DNA of 64,000 bases, from assembly GCA_963662405.2 (NCBI GenBank), contig CAXXKT010000001.1, positions 416,001-480,000 of the forward strand. The letters run 5' to 3'. Below are positions 41,142 through 52,426 of the stretch, piece after piece. The notes beneath the pieces are model-generated. The model ran no database searches and was not told where the DNA came from. It was given only the letters and a program-made list of their open reading frames with translations. The stretch's first letter is position 1, and every line of letters begins with the position of its first letter. The translations under genes and the position numbers were made by a program. This stretch comes from Syntrophales bacterium. GTDB taxonomy: Bacteria > Desulfobacterota > Syntrophia > Syntrophales > UBA2210.

Positions 41142-41882
41142 ATGGTTGCTTTTGATATCCTGTCCCTCTTTCCGGAGATGTTCCAGTCCGTCCTCGGCAG
41201 CAGCCTGATAAAAAAATCCGTCGACAGGGGCCTTATCGAAGTACATCTTCATAATATCAGAGATTACACGAGGGACAAGCACCGGACGACAGACGACACC
41301 CCATACGGGGGCGGCGGCGGAATGGTGATGAAGATCGAGCCGGTCGCCTGTGCGTTGGACATGATCGCTCCCGCCGGGGATAGGGCGCCCATCATTCTCC
41401 TTTCACCACAGGGGGAGCCTTTCAGGCAGGAGATCGCCGAAGAGCTTTCGCGTTGTTCCCGGATTGTCCTGATTTGTGGACACTATGAGGGGATAGACGA
41501 ACGGATCAGGGAACACCTCGTCGATAGGGAGATATCGATCGGCGACTATGTCCTGAGCGGGGGAGAACTTCCCGCCATGATCGTGGTTGACGCGGTTTCG
41601 CGTCTGGTGCCGGGTTTCGTGGGAAACAGCGAGTCGGTGCTGGACGATTCTTTTTCGACCGGCCTCCTGGAGGGTCCTCACTATACGAGACCCAGAGAAT
41701 ATCGGGGGTGGACGGTGCCGGAAATTCTCCTTTCGGGACACCAGAAAAAGATCGACGAATGGCGGCGCAGGGAATCCCTTAGACGGACCCTGACCAGAAG
41801 ACCGGACCTGTTTCAGGAAGCCGATCTTACGGAAGAAGACGAACGGGTCCTTGAAGAGATCAAAGGCGAAAAGGGACCCTAA
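41142..41882 (+). CDS. trmD: tRNA (guanine-N1)-methyltransferase
   Basis: [31 protein letters not shown]. Confidence 0.97.
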   Translation: MVAFDILSLFPEMFQSVLGSSLIKKSVDRGLIEVHLHNIRDYTRDKHRTTDDTPYGGGGGMVMKIEPVACALDMIAPAGDRAPIILLSPQGEPFRQEIAEELSRCSRIVLICGHYEGIDERIREHLVDREISIGDYVLSGGELPAMIVVDAVSRLVPGFVGNSESVLDDSFSTGLLEGPHYTRPREYRGWTVPEILLSGHQKKIDEWRRRESLRRTLTRRPDLFQEADLTEEDERVLEEIKGEKGP

Positions 41883-41891
41883 GCGTATAGG

Positions 41892-42497
41892 ATGAGCACC
41901 GATAATCTTCACATTGCCCTTTTACATTACCCCGTCTATAACAAGCGGGGCGATATCGTGACAACGGCGGTCACCAATATGGATATACACGATATATCGC
42001 GGACCGCCCGGACATTCGGCGTCAAGCGGTTCTACATCGTGACACCGTTGGAGCAGCAGAAGAGGTATGTAGAACGCATTCTGTATCACTGGCAAGAAGG
42101 GTACGGCACCACTTATAACCCTTCAAGGAAAGAGGCCTTTGATATCGTGAGGGTAAAAGAAACCCTGGATGACACCATGGGTACCGTCGCGCGGGAGACG
42201 GGGGAAAAGGTCAATCTGGTGGTTACCAGTGCCTCGCGGCAGAGGGGGCATTCTTTAAGCTGTGGTGAATTATGGGAAAAGATATCACAGGGCAACGAGG
42301 CCTTTCTCCTCGCCTTTGGAACAGGGTGGGGCATAACCAGAGAGGTGATTGAAAAAGCCGATTTTTTAGTAGAACCGATACAGGGAGTTTCGGGTTACAA
42401 CCACCTGTCCGTCAGATCGGCGGCGGCCATCATGCTGGACAGGTTGTACAGACATAACGAGCAAGATGCTATTTCAGAGGAGGATTGTGCAACATGA
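41892..42497 (+). CDS. SPOUT-family RNA methyltransferase
   Basis: [27 protein letters not shown]. Confidence 0.88.
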   Translation: MSTDNLHIALLHYPVYNKRGDIVTTAVTNMDIHDISRTARTFGVKRFYIVTPLEQQKRYVERILYHWQEGYGTTYNPSRKEAFDIVRVKETLDDTMGTVARETGEKVNLVVTSASRQRGHSLSCGELWEKISQGNEAFLLAFGTGWGITREVIEKADFLVEPIQGVSGYNHLSVRSAAAIMLDRLYRHNEQDAISEEDCAT

Positions 42498-42841
42498 ACG
42501 TTCTTGATACGATTGAAAGAGAACAGATGAGATTCGATATCCCCGCATTCAAGGCGGGGGACACCGTGAAGGTGCATGTAAAGATTGTTGAGGGACAGAA
42601 GGAACGCATCCAGATATTTCAGGGATCCGTCATACGCAAGCGTGCGGGGCAGAACCGCGCCACTTTTACCGTCCGTAAAATCTCTTCCGGTGTCGGCGTC
42701 GAGCGGACCTTTCCCATCCATTCCCCCATTATCGACAAGGTCGAGGTGGTGATGAGAGGTAGGGTGCGGCGATCAAGGTTGTATTACCTGAGAGACCTCA
42801 AAGGGAAAAAGGCGCGGATCAAAGAACTCGGCAGAAGATAA
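42494..42841 (+). CDS. rplS: 50S ribosomal protein L19
   Basis: [27 protein letters not shown]. Confidence 0.98.
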   Translation: MNVLDTIEREQMRFDIPAFKAGDTVKVHVKIVEGQKERIQIFQGSVIRKRAGQNRATFTVRKISSGVGVERTFPIHSPIIDKVEVVMRGRVRRSRLYYLRDLKGKKARIKELGRR

Positions 42842-42842
42842 C

Positions 42843-43427
42843 ATGGAGCTATACGAACTGCGCGCCCGCCGGCGTGGTTTTGATGCCATCGCCGGCGTCG
42901 ACGAGGCGGGGAGAGGACCTCTCGCCGGTCCCGTCGTCGCAGCCGCAGTCATCCTTCCTCCAGGATACACGAACGGGGAGATCAGGGATTCAAAAAAGCT
43001 GACTCCCCGTAAGCGCGAGATTCTTTATACCACGATACAACAAGACGCCGTCTGCATCGGCCTGGGGGTCGTCGAGGCCTCGATTATCGACAGGATCAAC
43101 ATCCTTCAGGCAACACTTGCGGCAATGAAGGCGGCCGTCTCCAATCTTGACCCCCGACCCGACTACCTCCTCATAGACGGAATAAACACTATCGATTCTT
43201 CTATCATGCAGGAGACGATCATCAAGGGAGATTCCCTGAGCCTTTCCGTGGCGGCCGCTTCCATTATCGCCAAGGTATCACGGGATCATATCATGGACCG
43301 CTACCATACCCTCTATCCCCATTATAATTTTATCAAGAACAAGGGGTACGGCACGAAGGAACACCGGGAGGCGATCAAGCTCTATGGCAGATGCAAGATT
43401 CACCGGAGATCATTCACGGTCAAATAA
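42843..43427 (+). CDS. rnhB: Ribonuclease HII
   Basis: GVDEAGRGPLAGPV, DSKKL. Confidence 0.97.
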   Translation: MELYELRARRRGFDAIAGVDEAGRGPLAGPVVAAAVILPPGYTNGEIRDSKKLTPRKREILYTTIQQDAVCIGLGVVEASIIDRINILQATLAAMKAAVSNLDPRPDYLLIDGINTIDSSIMQETIIKGDSLSLSVAAASIIAKVSRDHIMDRYHTLYPHYNFIKNKGYGTKEHREAIKLYGRCKIHRRSFTVK

Positions 43428-43782
43428 CAGAGACAAGGGCGCACGGGGAGAAGACCTGGCAACCGCCTGCCTGAAAAAGGAAGGGTACCGGATCGTCGAG
43501 CGAAACTACCGGTGCCGGTTCGGCGAGATCGATATCATCGCCATGGACAACGGTGATGTGGTATTCGTCGAGGTCAAGGGGAGACAATCGGACACCTTCG
43601 GAGCACCCGAAGAGGCGATCGGACCGACCAAGCAGAAGAAGATCTCGAAGGCGGCGCTCCACTATCTGCAGGAAAAGGGGCTTACCGGTCACAATGCGCG
43701 GTTCGATGTGGTGGCCATTCGCTTCATGCCTCAGGATACCCGGGTACAACTGATCAGAAACGCCTTTGATCTGAATTGGTAA
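43384..43782 (+). CDS. yraN: YraN family protein (start uncertain)
   Basis: GE..A..L..GY.I.ERNYR..GEIDII, FVEVK. Confidence 0.9.
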   Translation: MADARFTGDHSRSNNRDKGARGEDLATACLKKEGYRIVERNYRCRFGEIDIIAMDNGDVVFVEVKGRQSDTFGAPEEAIGPTKQKKISKAALHYLQEKGLTGHNARFDVVAIRFMPQDTRVQLIRNAFDLNW

Positions 43783-43784
43783 CA

Positions 43785-44653
43785 ATGGTTATGCACCACG
43801 GGACACTCTATATCGTCGCCACTCCCATCGGCAACCTGGAGGACATCACCCTCCGGGCAATCCGTATCCTCAAGGAAGTGGGGCTGGTAGCGGCGGAGGA
43901 CACCCGCCGGACGCGGATACTTCTCGACGCCTACGGGATCGACACCCCCCTGACCAGTCTCCATGACTATAACGAACGAGAAAAGAGCTCCTCCCTGATT
44001 GCCCGGCTGCGGGAGGGGACGGATATCGCCTATGTCTCCGACGCGGGACGCCGGGGATATCAGATCCCGGATACCTTCTTGTGAGGGAGGCCATTGACGG
44101 TTCCATCAGGGTCGTCCCCGTCCCCGGTCCGGTCGCCGCGGTCGCGGCCCTGAACGTCTCCGGACTCCCGATGGACAGCTTTTCATTCTTCGCCTTCCTC
44201 CCCTCCCGGGGCGGCAAGCGGAGAAGCTTCCTGGAATCGATCAAAGGAGAGACAAAGACCCTCGTCTTTTACGAATCCCCCAACCGACTCGTCGCCGCAC
44301 TGCAGGATATGCAAAAGATCCTCGGGGATCGGCGGATCGCCGTCTCCCGGGAACTGACAAAGTTGTACGAGGAAACGCTCCGCGGCACCGTGGGAGAGGT
44401 AATCGAATCCCTCCGGGAGAAAAAGGTCAAGGGGGAAATCACCCTGGTCGTCTCGGGGGCCGAAATAAGAACGCCGAATGTCTCACCGGAAGAGATCCGG
44501 GCGCGGGTTCGGGAGGCGCGCAGAGATCCCGCCGTCTCTACCCGGGATATGGTCGACACCCTTTCGGAGGAAATGGGTATACCGCGGAAAGAGATGTACC
44601 GGATCGTTCTGAACTGCATCAAGGAAGAGGACCTCTCCTCCTCATATTCGTAA
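43785..44653 (+). CDS. rsmI: 16S rRNA C1402 2'-O-methyltransferase, one frameshift near 44050
   Basis: LYIVATPIGNLEDIT.RA, AEDTR, FYESP.R, RELTK. Confidence 0.93.
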
Positions 44654-44796
44654 CCGGGGCAAAAGTTTTTTCCTCACGAATGAGCCGTGCCATTGACTCT
44701 CCCGTGAGATACGGCGTATAGTGTTCCTGTGAAGGGATACGCCTTGTCCGGCATAATAAATAAGATGCGGGAACACCTTCGAAAGCGGGGTATGCC

Positions 44797-46353
44797 ATGG
44801 GAAGCAAGGACCTGTTACTCGCCATCGATAACGGAACACAGAGCCTGAAGGCCCTCCTCTTTGACCTGAAGGGACAGCTGGTAGCGCGCCGGCAGATTAT
44901 CTTTGAACCTTACTATTCAACGCAACCGGGATGGGCCGAGCAGGACCCCACCGTCTTCTGGGACGCCCTGTGCAAGGCCTGCCAGGGATTATGGGGCCAG
45001 GGCGACTACCGGGAGCGGATCGCCGGTGTATCCATCACTACCCAGCGGAGCACCTTCGTCAATGTGGGCAAAGACGGACGCCCTCTCCGCCCCGCCATGA
45101 TCTGGCTGGACCAGCGCAAGACCCACGGACTCCCCCCGCTGGGAGGGGCCTGGGGTCTGATCTTCTCCCTCGCCCGTCTCACCGAGACGATCTCCTACCT
45201 CCAGGCCGAGGCCGAGGCAAACTGGATCCGTACCTACCAGCCGGAGATCTGGAGAGATACCCACAAGTACCTCCTCCTTTCCGGCTACCTGACCTACCTC
45301 CTCACGGGGGAATATGTGGATTCCGTCGGGTGCCAGGTGGCCATGATCCCGTTTGATTATAAACACCTGCGCTGGGCCTCCGACTGGAACTGGAAGTGGA
45401 AGGTCGTCCAGGTCGAGCGCGAGCTCCTCCCCAACCTCGTCCCCCCGGGACAGCCGCTGGGGACCATCACCCGGAAGGCCGCGGAAGAGACGGGTATCCC
45501 GGAGGGCCTCCCGCTCATCGCGGCGGCAACGGACAAGGCATGCGAGGTGATCGGGTCGGGGAGTCTCGACCCCACCGTCGGCTGCCTGAGCTACGGCACG
45601 ACCGCCACCATCAACGTGACGAACAGGAAATACGTGGAGCCGATCCCCCTCATCCCCCCCTACCCTTCCGCGATTCCCGGATACTACTCGATGGAGGTCC
45701 AGATATACCGTGGCTTCTGGATGGTGAGCTGGTTCAAGCAGGAATTCGGCTACCGTGAGGAGCAGGAGGCATCACGGCAGGGGGTCCCCCCGGAGGAACT
45801 CTTCGACCAGCTGGTAAACGATATCCCCCCCGGCTCGCTGGGCCTGGTGTTGCAGCCCTACTGGACCCCCGGCCTCAAGCTCCCCGGACCGGAAGCCAAG
45901 GGGGCCATCATTGGGTTCGGCGATGCACACACGAAGGGGCACGTCTACCGATCCATCCTGGAGGGGTTGGGATACGCCCTCAGGGAGGGAAAGGAACGGA
46001 TCGAAAAACGGGCACACATCTCCATCACCTCGCTGCGCGTCTCCGGTGGCGGCTCTCAGAGCAGAAACGCCATGCAGATGACGGCCGATATCTTCGGCCT
46101 TCCGACGGCCCGTCCCCACGTTTATGAAACATCCGGGCTCGGTGCGGCAATCGATGCCGCCGTGGGACTCGGCCTCCATACCGATTTCGAATCGGCGGTC
46201 AGGGCCATGACCCACGTCGGCGACGTATTCGAGCCGAACCGGGAGCACCAGCACCTGTACGATCAACTCTATCACGATGTCTATAAAAAGATGTACCACC
46301 GCCTGAAACCGCTCTACGAGCGGATCAGGGACATTACCGGCTATCCCGGATAG
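44797..46353 (+). CDS. FGGY family carbohydrate kinase
   Basis: [22 protein letters not shown]. Confidence 0.92.
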   Translation: MGSKDLLLAIDNGTQSLKALLFDLKGQLVARRQIIFEPYYSTQPGWAEQDPTVFWDALCKACQGLWGQGDYRERIAGVSITTQRSTFVNVGKDGRPLRPAMIWLDQRKTHGLPPLGGAWGLIFSLARLTETISYLQAEAEANWIRTYQPEIWRDTHKYLLLSGYLTYLLTGEYVDSVGCQVAMIPFDYKHLRWASDWNWKWKVVQVERELLPNLVPPGQPLGTITRKAAEETGIPEGLPLIAAATDKACEVIGSGSLDPTVGCLSYGTTATINVTNRKYVEPIPLIPPYPSAIPGYYSMEVQIYRGFWMVSWFKQEFGYREEQEASRQGVPPEELFDQLVNDIPPGSLGLVLQPYWTPGLKLPGPEAKGAIIGFGDAHTKGHVYRSILEGLGYALREGKERIEKRAHISITSLRVSGGGSQSRNAMQMTADIFGLPTARPHVYETSGLGAAIDAAVGLGLHTDFESAVRAMTHVGDVFEPNREHQHLYDQLYHDVYKKMYHRLKPLYERIRDITGYPG

Positions 46354-46379
46354 GATGTGGCCATACCGGTTATTCCGGA

Positions 46380-46610
46380 TTGAATACGAGCCTCTTCGCC
46401 ATCGACGGGCACGCCCACCTCAGCGAACTGGAGGACCTCGACCGCGCAATCGACGAGGCACGGCGCGCCGGCGTCAGGACCATCATCGGCGTGGGGATGA
46501 ACCTGCGAACGAACAGGCGAACACTTGACATCGCCGAGCAGTATCCGGGGTTTGTCCTCCCCGCCGCGGGGTATCACCCCGGGGAGATCCGTCAGAAAGA
46601 GATTCAGGAT
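46380..46610 (+). pseudogene. Truncated TatD-like hydrolase (N-terminal third)
   Basis: IDGHAHL and GYHP motifs, then sequence runs into the glcD remnant. Confidence 0.7.
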
Positions 46611-47260
46611 ACCTCCGTGCATCCCGCGGGAGACCGATCTTTTCTGAGTCTTCCACCATGTTGATGACGACGCCGTCCATCAGCTCAAGTGCTACGGGGA
46701 CAATCCCGGAGCCGATAATACACGCAACGGCCCTGCTCGCCCCGTCCAGTTCGGAGAAAAAGGCCTGTATGCTCTGCCTGAACGGGGGAGGGGGAGGAGT
46801 TTGACCGTCACCTCCGTCACGTTTTTCGCCGTGACACCGCCGGTCCTCACCATACTGCCATCCGCGAGGACGACCGTGAGACCGAGGATACAGTCTCGTG
46901 TCACGCCGTACCTGACGCCCCGCGCCCCCCCCGCATTCTCCCCCACATTCCCGCCGATGGTACTGACGGCCCACGAAGCGGGGTCCGGCGGATAAAAGAG
47001 ACCCACCTTCTGCACCGCATCCTGGAGTTCCAGGTTGGTCAGTCCGGCCTCGACGATGGCGTGACGGTGACCCCGACTTTGGCGGCCAGTTTCACTCTGT
47101 CCGCTGTCTGTTCGGTGGTCTCGGGAAGGACCACCGCCTCCGGCATGGCCTCGTCGATGGAAGAATCATAGGAGGAGTTGATACGATCTTCCACCGAGTC
47201 GAGGTAATTGCCCTCCCCCACAAGGGTGCGAAGCTTCCGTGCAAGCTCGTCCGTAATCAT
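46611..47260 (-). pseudogene. Fragmented GlcD-like FAD-linked oxidase
   Basis: PEAVVLP, YPPDPAS..STIGGNVGENAGG..YGVTRD, ALELMD found in three frames with internal deletions. Confidence 0.8.
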
Positions 47261-47479
47261 GGAATCCCCCCTTTTGTATTTCTTTCGCCTCGCACAATGC
47301 GTGCCTGAGTTTCAGGAAAACAGGGGGGAAGAAAGGGAGAGCGATCACTGGTGAGAGCAAACAAGGAAGATATGTTCAGACATCACATACTCAGAGGGAA
47401 GAAAGGGACAGAATGTTCTTATGTCCCGTCACGGGCGGGGGAACCTCCCCGCACGTGACGGCAATCGTTTCTGAGTTCC

Positions 47480-50400
47480 TTAGGCACGCCGCCTGCGACT
47501 GACCAGGAGACCTCCCGTGATGGTGAGGAGGAAGAGGATCATCATCCCCCACTCCGAGAGCGTGGGGATGGCGGCACCTCTCACAGCAATACCCCCCTGA
47601 TCGACAATGGGAAATCCCAGGGTGTCGTCCCCCAGCGCACTCTCCGTCAGGGTAAACTCCACATAGGGGACCGTGACGCCCCCGATCACCTCCGTCCCGA
47701 AGGTCGCGTTCGGCATTGTGTACCAGATAAAGGCGTTCCAGTCTTCCGGCGTGGGCCCGTACTTCCGGTAGGTGCACCCATCGAGGCTCTCCGCTCCGTG
47801 ATAGTAGATCCGCACGGTCACCGGAGAGCAGGGAATCTCGAACCCCACCAGGCCGAAGGGATAACTGTAGCCCGGATCTTCAGCTCCCACCGACCCGTCG
47901 GAATAGGTCTGGACCTGCTCGATCTGATCGCAGCCGGTTACCTCGACGGTCAGGTACCCCTCTCCCGCCGCCGCGGGGAGGGAGGCCACGTTCGTCTGCT
48001 TGCTGTCCGGGGTCCCGTCTCCGTTCCCGTCTCCGCCGTTCGGCCCCGCATCCTGGGTCTCCGTGGGAACTCCCGTGCCGTCAGCGGAGGTGGTGAAGGT
48101 CTCGTTATCCCCGTAGGCCGTTCCTTCCGCGTTCGTGGCATAGGCCCGGACATAGTACGCCGTGTCCGCCAGGAGACCGGTCATGGCGGAGGTGAAGCTC
48201 CCCGTGCCGGTCCCGTCCGTGGTATGGCTGCCTGCCGTGGTCGGGTTCGCCGCCGTGCCCCAGCAGACGCCCCGCGCCGTCACCGCGGTCCCCCCGTCGG
48301 AGGTCACCTCCCCGCCGCTCTCGGCCGTCGTGGCCGTGATCGACGAGGCTGCCGCCGTGGTCACCACGGGGAGGGCTACGTCGACCGTCCCCGTCAGGGT
48401 CAGGTTATAGGGATCTTCATTGCTGTCGTTGCTGGCGATGGCGATGGATGCCGTCTTGTCTCCGGCCACCTCGGTGGGTGAGAACCGGATGGTGAAGGTG
48501 GTGCTCCCCGATGTGGCGACTGGAGATGCCGGCTGGGACCGGACGCTGAACTGGTCTGCGTCGTCCCCCGTTATCGTCACGATCGGGTCCCCCGAAAGGG
48601 TGAGGTCCGCGGTCCCCGTGTTCTCGATGGTGAAGACCACATCCGTATCGGTTTCGGGGGCATGGCTGCCGAAACTGTGGCTCCCGCCGTCGGCGATGGC
48701 GGTCGTCCCCTGCTTCAGGTCCATCTCGGGGGTGGCGGGACCCTCATAGGATCCCACGTCGGGAACGCCGATAAAGGCGACGCCCCGCTGGTCGGTGGTG
48801 ATCTCGGTGACGCCGCTCACGGTGGTGGAACCGTCTTCCACCTTCACCCAGTCAGTCCCGTTATAAAAGGCGTATTTCGTGCTGCCCTCGTCGTCATAGG
48901 TCCCGGTCCGCACACCGGCTTCAAGGGCGATGGAGCAGCCGTCCAGGGCCACCGTCTCGGTGGAACCCCCGTTGTCGGCCAGGAGGGGCCGGTAGACGGT
49001 GTCGGCCGCGATCTCTTCGTAATCGGCAAAAAGCGAATCGCCTTTCCCGCCGGTATGATAGGTGTAGGCCACATTGCCGGTGCCCACTCCGGAAAGATCA
49101 TAGCCGGAGATGGCGGAGTTGCCGGAGATGGTGGCGGAGCTGTCATAGTTATAGATATCGGCATAGGCGCTGCCGTCTGAGAGGTAGTTGTAGGCGACGA
49201 TGGAGCCGGTCAGGGCCACCGTGGGTCTATAAGCGAAGATCCCGCCGCCTCTTAATGATGCACTGTTGCCGCCGACCGTACAGTTTGTAAAGGTCAGCGT
49301 GCCGGAGGAACCACGGTAGATCCCGCCGCCTTCGCTTGCGCTGTTGCCCGCGACCGTACTGTTTACCAGGGCCACCGCACCCCCGCTAGACACAAACATT
49401 CCGCCGCCCATATTTGTTGCACTGTTGCCGCTGAGCGTGGAATTGCTCACGGTGACAACATGGGACAAATTATCGGCGTAGATTCCGCCGCCGTTGGTTG
49501 CACGGTTGCCCGTAATCGTCGAGTCCGTCAGGGTCAGCGGGTTGTTCACGTAGATCGCGCCGCCGTTGCCACCGATCGAGTTCGCGACCGTGACACGGTT
49601 CAGGGTAAGGGTGCCGGCCGCCAGAGAGATCGCGCCTCCCATGTTGGCTCCACGCGGCAGCCTCGAGACATCCCCCCCCCTGAGGGTCATGCCGGTGATG
49701 GCCACGGTTTTGTCCGCGGCATTGATCTCGAATACGCGATATTCGGATGTGCCGGGCGTCGCTACCTGGATCGTCACGTCGTTTCCGGAAGCCTGGTTCA
49801 CACCGTTCATGGTCAGGCTGTCCGTGATGGCGGGCATCTGCGCCGAGATGGTCACCGTATCATTCTCCGATCCGAGATTAAAGACAATGGTGTCGTCCAC
49901 CTCGGTCGTTGCGTTGGCCTGATTTATGGCCCAGCTCAGAGAGCCTTCCGTTCCTCCCGTACCGTCGTCCGTGGGTTCGGTGACCGTATAGGTCTCCAGG
50001 GTGTGGCTATATCCCACCACCGCCAGGTCCGCCGCGCCGATGGGGCCGGTTTGGTATTCCAGGGACCAATCCCCCCCCTTCCCGGTGGGGTTCTTCGATG
50101 CGGCCACATCCGCCCCGGTCAGAAGGGCCAGGCGCTCCACGAACCGGATGCCGGCCGGATTTGTTGCCAGGTTGCAGGCGTAGAGGAGGATATCGCCCCC
50201 GTCGGCCAGGGCCCTCCCCCAGGAGGCGACGACGGCACCATGATCGGTGATATAATTACTATCGATAATTTCATTGTTCAGGACCAGCCTGCCCGCGCCC
50301 CCGTGGGAGACGATGCGGACAGTGCCGATCCCGGTCCTCCCTGCGAGATAGCCTGCAATCTGATCGATCCCGGCACGATCTGTTGTCAGGCGGACGATCT

Positions 50401-50593
50401 CGGCCGTGCCGGCCAGGGCGGCCATAATTGCCCCCCCATCCGGGACCGCGGGGTCGATAAAGACGATCTCGCCTCCCCCTTCCCCCGTGCTTGGGGCGGC
50501 AGCGCCAAGCGGGGTGCCGTCGCCGAAGCCGGTCAGGAGTGCGATACAAAGCAGACACAGAACGATTCGAAAGAGTTTGCGGCCAGAATCCAT
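47480..50593 (-). CDS. Large surface protein: DUF4347-like domain, GGAI/GGGI beta-helix repeats, Ig-like domains, IPTL-CTERM sorting signal
   Basis: SHG..G.L, D.LLY.C, TGADVAAS, DW.LE; ends IPTLSEWG-TM-RRRRA. Confidence 0.88.
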   Translation of the reverse strand: MDSGRKLFRIVLCLLCIALLTGFGDGTPLGAAAPSTGEGGGEIVFIDPAVPDGGAIMAALAGTAEIVRLTTDRAGIDQIAGYLAGRTGIGTVRIVSHGGAGRLVLNNEIIDSNYITDHGAVVASWGRALADGGDILLYACNLATNPAGIRFVERLALLTGADVAASKNPTGKGGDWSLEYQTGPIGAADLAVVGYSHTLETYTVTEPTDDGTGGTEGSLSWAINQANATTEVDDTIVFNLGSENDTVTISAQMPAITDSLTMNGVNQASGNDVTIQVATPGTSEYRVFEINAADKTVAITGMTLRGGDVSRLPRGANMGGAISLAAGTLTLNRVTVANSIGGNGGAIYVNNPLTLTDSTITGNRATNGGGIYADNLSHVVTVSNSTLSGNSATNMGGGMFVSSGGAVALVNSTVAGNSASEGGGIYRGSSGTLTFTNCTVGGNSASLRGGGIFAYRPTVALTGSIVAYNYLSDGSAYADIYNYDSSATISGNSAISGYDLSGVGTGNVAYTYHTGGKGDSLFADYEEIAADTVYRPLLADNGGSTETVALDGCSIALEAGVRTGTYDDEGSTKYAFYNGTDWVKVEDGSTTVSGVTEITTDQRGVAFIGVPDVGSYEGPATPEMDLKQGTTAIADGGSHSFGSHAPETDTDVVFTIENTGTADLTLSGDPIVTITGDDADQFSVRSQPASPVATSGSTTFTIRFSPTEVAGDKTASIAIASNDSNEDPYNLTLTGTVDVALPVVTTAAASSITATTAESGGEVTSDGGTAVTARGVCWGTAANPTTAGSHTTDGTGTGSFTSAMTGLLADTAYYVRAYATNAEGTAYGDNETFTTSADGTGVPTETQDAGPNGGDGNGDGTPDSKQTNVASLPAAAGEGYLTVEVTGCDQIEQVQTYSDGSVGAEDPGYSYPFGLVGFEIPCSPVTVRIYYHGAESLDGCTYRKYGPTPEDWNAFIWYTMPNATFGTEVIGGVTVPYVEFTLTESALGDDTLGFPIVDQGGIAVRGAAIPTLSEWGMMILFLLTITGGLLVSRRRRA

Positions 50594-50681
50594 AACACCT
50601 TCCTTTTTCTCAGTTTTTTGACCCCGCTCCGCACGCGGCGGGTATGTGCTCACTCTTCAGGGCAATGGGACTCCCCTATGC

Positions 50682-50716
50682 AAAAAAACCCTGTTTGCCG
50701 TGAAATCAAACAGGGT
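50682..50716 (-). terminator. Intrinsic terminator in the 5' leader of the surface-protein gene
   Basis: ACCCTGTTTG..CAAACAGGGT followed by T-run, ~90 nt upstream of the start. Confidence 0.75.
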
Positions 50717-51261
50717 ATATTCAACACACATCTTTTTCGGTCCATCTCAGAATCCAATCGTACGCAGCGTAATAAACAATAGAGATGATGAGGCACATCC
50801 ACTGTAATTGTGTAAGCTATGGCATAATGGGTCGAATTGTCAACCACATTAATGGTCAGGAGGGGGTTTTTCTCTCGGGGTCGAGACCGTTTCGTTCGAG
50901 GCATTATCGACCCCGTACTCTTCCGGGAGACGATTTATCAACGCATCCTTTTCGTGTCGCGAAATCCTGGATATTTCGCGGGTAATTTCCTCTCATCGTG
51001 AAGGATGGTCAGGCAGTCCGTTCCTTTTTTCACAAGATCCCTCGCGCAGCAGGTGAATGCAGGAAATGCATAACAGATATAGGTTCGCGCCAAGCTATCT
51101 GATGATCCCGGACTCGTCATGGGATAAGTGGCCCCCTGTCGGCATTATCCTGCCTCTCCGCTGGGAATTTGATAAAAAAGAAAAAAAGGGGGTTGCTATC
51201 CTGGGCAAATCGTATTACTCCCTCATGCGAGTCATCAACGAGAGCGAAGGAAGGCTTATAC

Positions 51262-52338
51262 ATGTCACAACACCTTTTATTCTCAGCGGGTGAGAAGGCC
51301 TTGGCGATGATCAGGGAGGGAGGGCTCAGACCCGATCAGGTCAAGGTCGTCAGCGGGGCGGCGGGGGGACCGAAGAGTCTCATCCTGGGCCACCTCGACG
51401 GCGCCCTCTTCGCACACTGGTTCGCCGGGAGAAAGGAACCCCTCTTTTTGGTCGGTTCTTCCGCGGCGGCCTGGCGGTTCGCCTCCGTATCGCAGGGACA
51501 TCCCCTGGAGGCAATCGAGCGGTTTCAGACCACATACACGCACCAGCACTACTCGGAAAAGCCCTCGACGGAGGAGATCACCCGAGAGAGCATCTCCTTC
51601 CTGGACACCTTCATCGGCCAGAAGGGAGGGGACGAGATCCTCAGCCACCCCTTTCTCAGGCTGAGCGTCATGTCGGACCGGTGCCGGGGGCCGGCGGCGA
51701 GCGACCGGCGGGGGGCACTCCTCCCGGGACTCATCATCGCCGCCCTGTTGAATATCGCCAGCCGACGCGCCCTGGGTCTCTTCTTCGAACGGACGCTCCT
51801 GTACGACCCGCGGGACATCCCGCCCTTCTTCGACATGAAAGGCTTCCCGATCCGGAGGGTCCCCCTGACCCGTGAAAACCTCAAATCGTCCCTCCTGGCG
51901 TCGGGCTCCATCCCCGTGATCATGGCGCGCGTCACCGAGATACCGGGCGCCCCGCAGGGGACGTACCGGGACGGGGGGATCATCGACTACCACATGAACG
52001 CCCCCTTCACAAAGGACGGTGACGGGATCGTCCTCTTCCCGCACTACATGGGCCGCATCATCCCGGGGTGGTTCGACAAAAAACTGACCTGGCGGAAACC
52101 GGACCCGGCACACGTGAAAAATCTGCTCCTCCTCCACCCCACGGAGGCCTTTTTCCGGGACCTCCCCTACGGCAAGATCCCCGACCGGGACGATTTCGCC
52201 ACCTTTAACGGCCGCGATGCCGAACGGATCGACTACTGGCAGAAGGCCATCGAGGCGAGCAGGCGCCTGGGAGACGAATTCATCGAGGCCGTGGAGAGCG
52301 GGAAGATACGCGAACTGGTGAGACCCCTCCCCGCCTAG
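51262..52338 (+). CDS. Patatin-like phospholipase family protein
   Basis: GAAGGPK, GSSAA nucleophile elbow, ASGSIP, DGG. Confidence 0.8.
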   Translation: MSQHLLFSAGEKALAMIREGGLRPDQVKVVSGAAGGPKSLILGHLDGALFAHWFAGRKEPLFLVGSSAAAWRFASVSQGHPLEAIERFQTTYTHQHYSEKPSTEEITRESISFLDTFIGQKGGDEILSHPFLRLSVMSDRCRGPAASDRRGALLPGLIIAALLNIASRRALGLFFERTLLYDPRDIPPFFDMKGFPIRRVPLTRENLKSSLLASGSIPVIMARVTEIPGAPQGTYRDGGIIDYHMNAPFTKDGDGIVLFPHYMGRIIPGWFDKKLTWRKPDPAHVKNLLLLHPTEAFFRDLPYGKIPDRDDFATFNGRDAERIDYWQKAIEASRRLGDEFIEAVESGKIRELVRPLPA

Positions 52339-52426
52339 CGGTCCTGTTTTTCCGTTGACACACCCCGCGAATGCCGATATCGTCCTCGGCATACGGTGTG
52401 AACCAGCACCGGGAAAGGGGAACACC

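Noticed and set aside
47425..47461. GC-rich palindrome after the surface-protein gene as a REP element
   Set aside because: Single copy in the window; adequately explained as a 3' stabilising or terminating hairpin.
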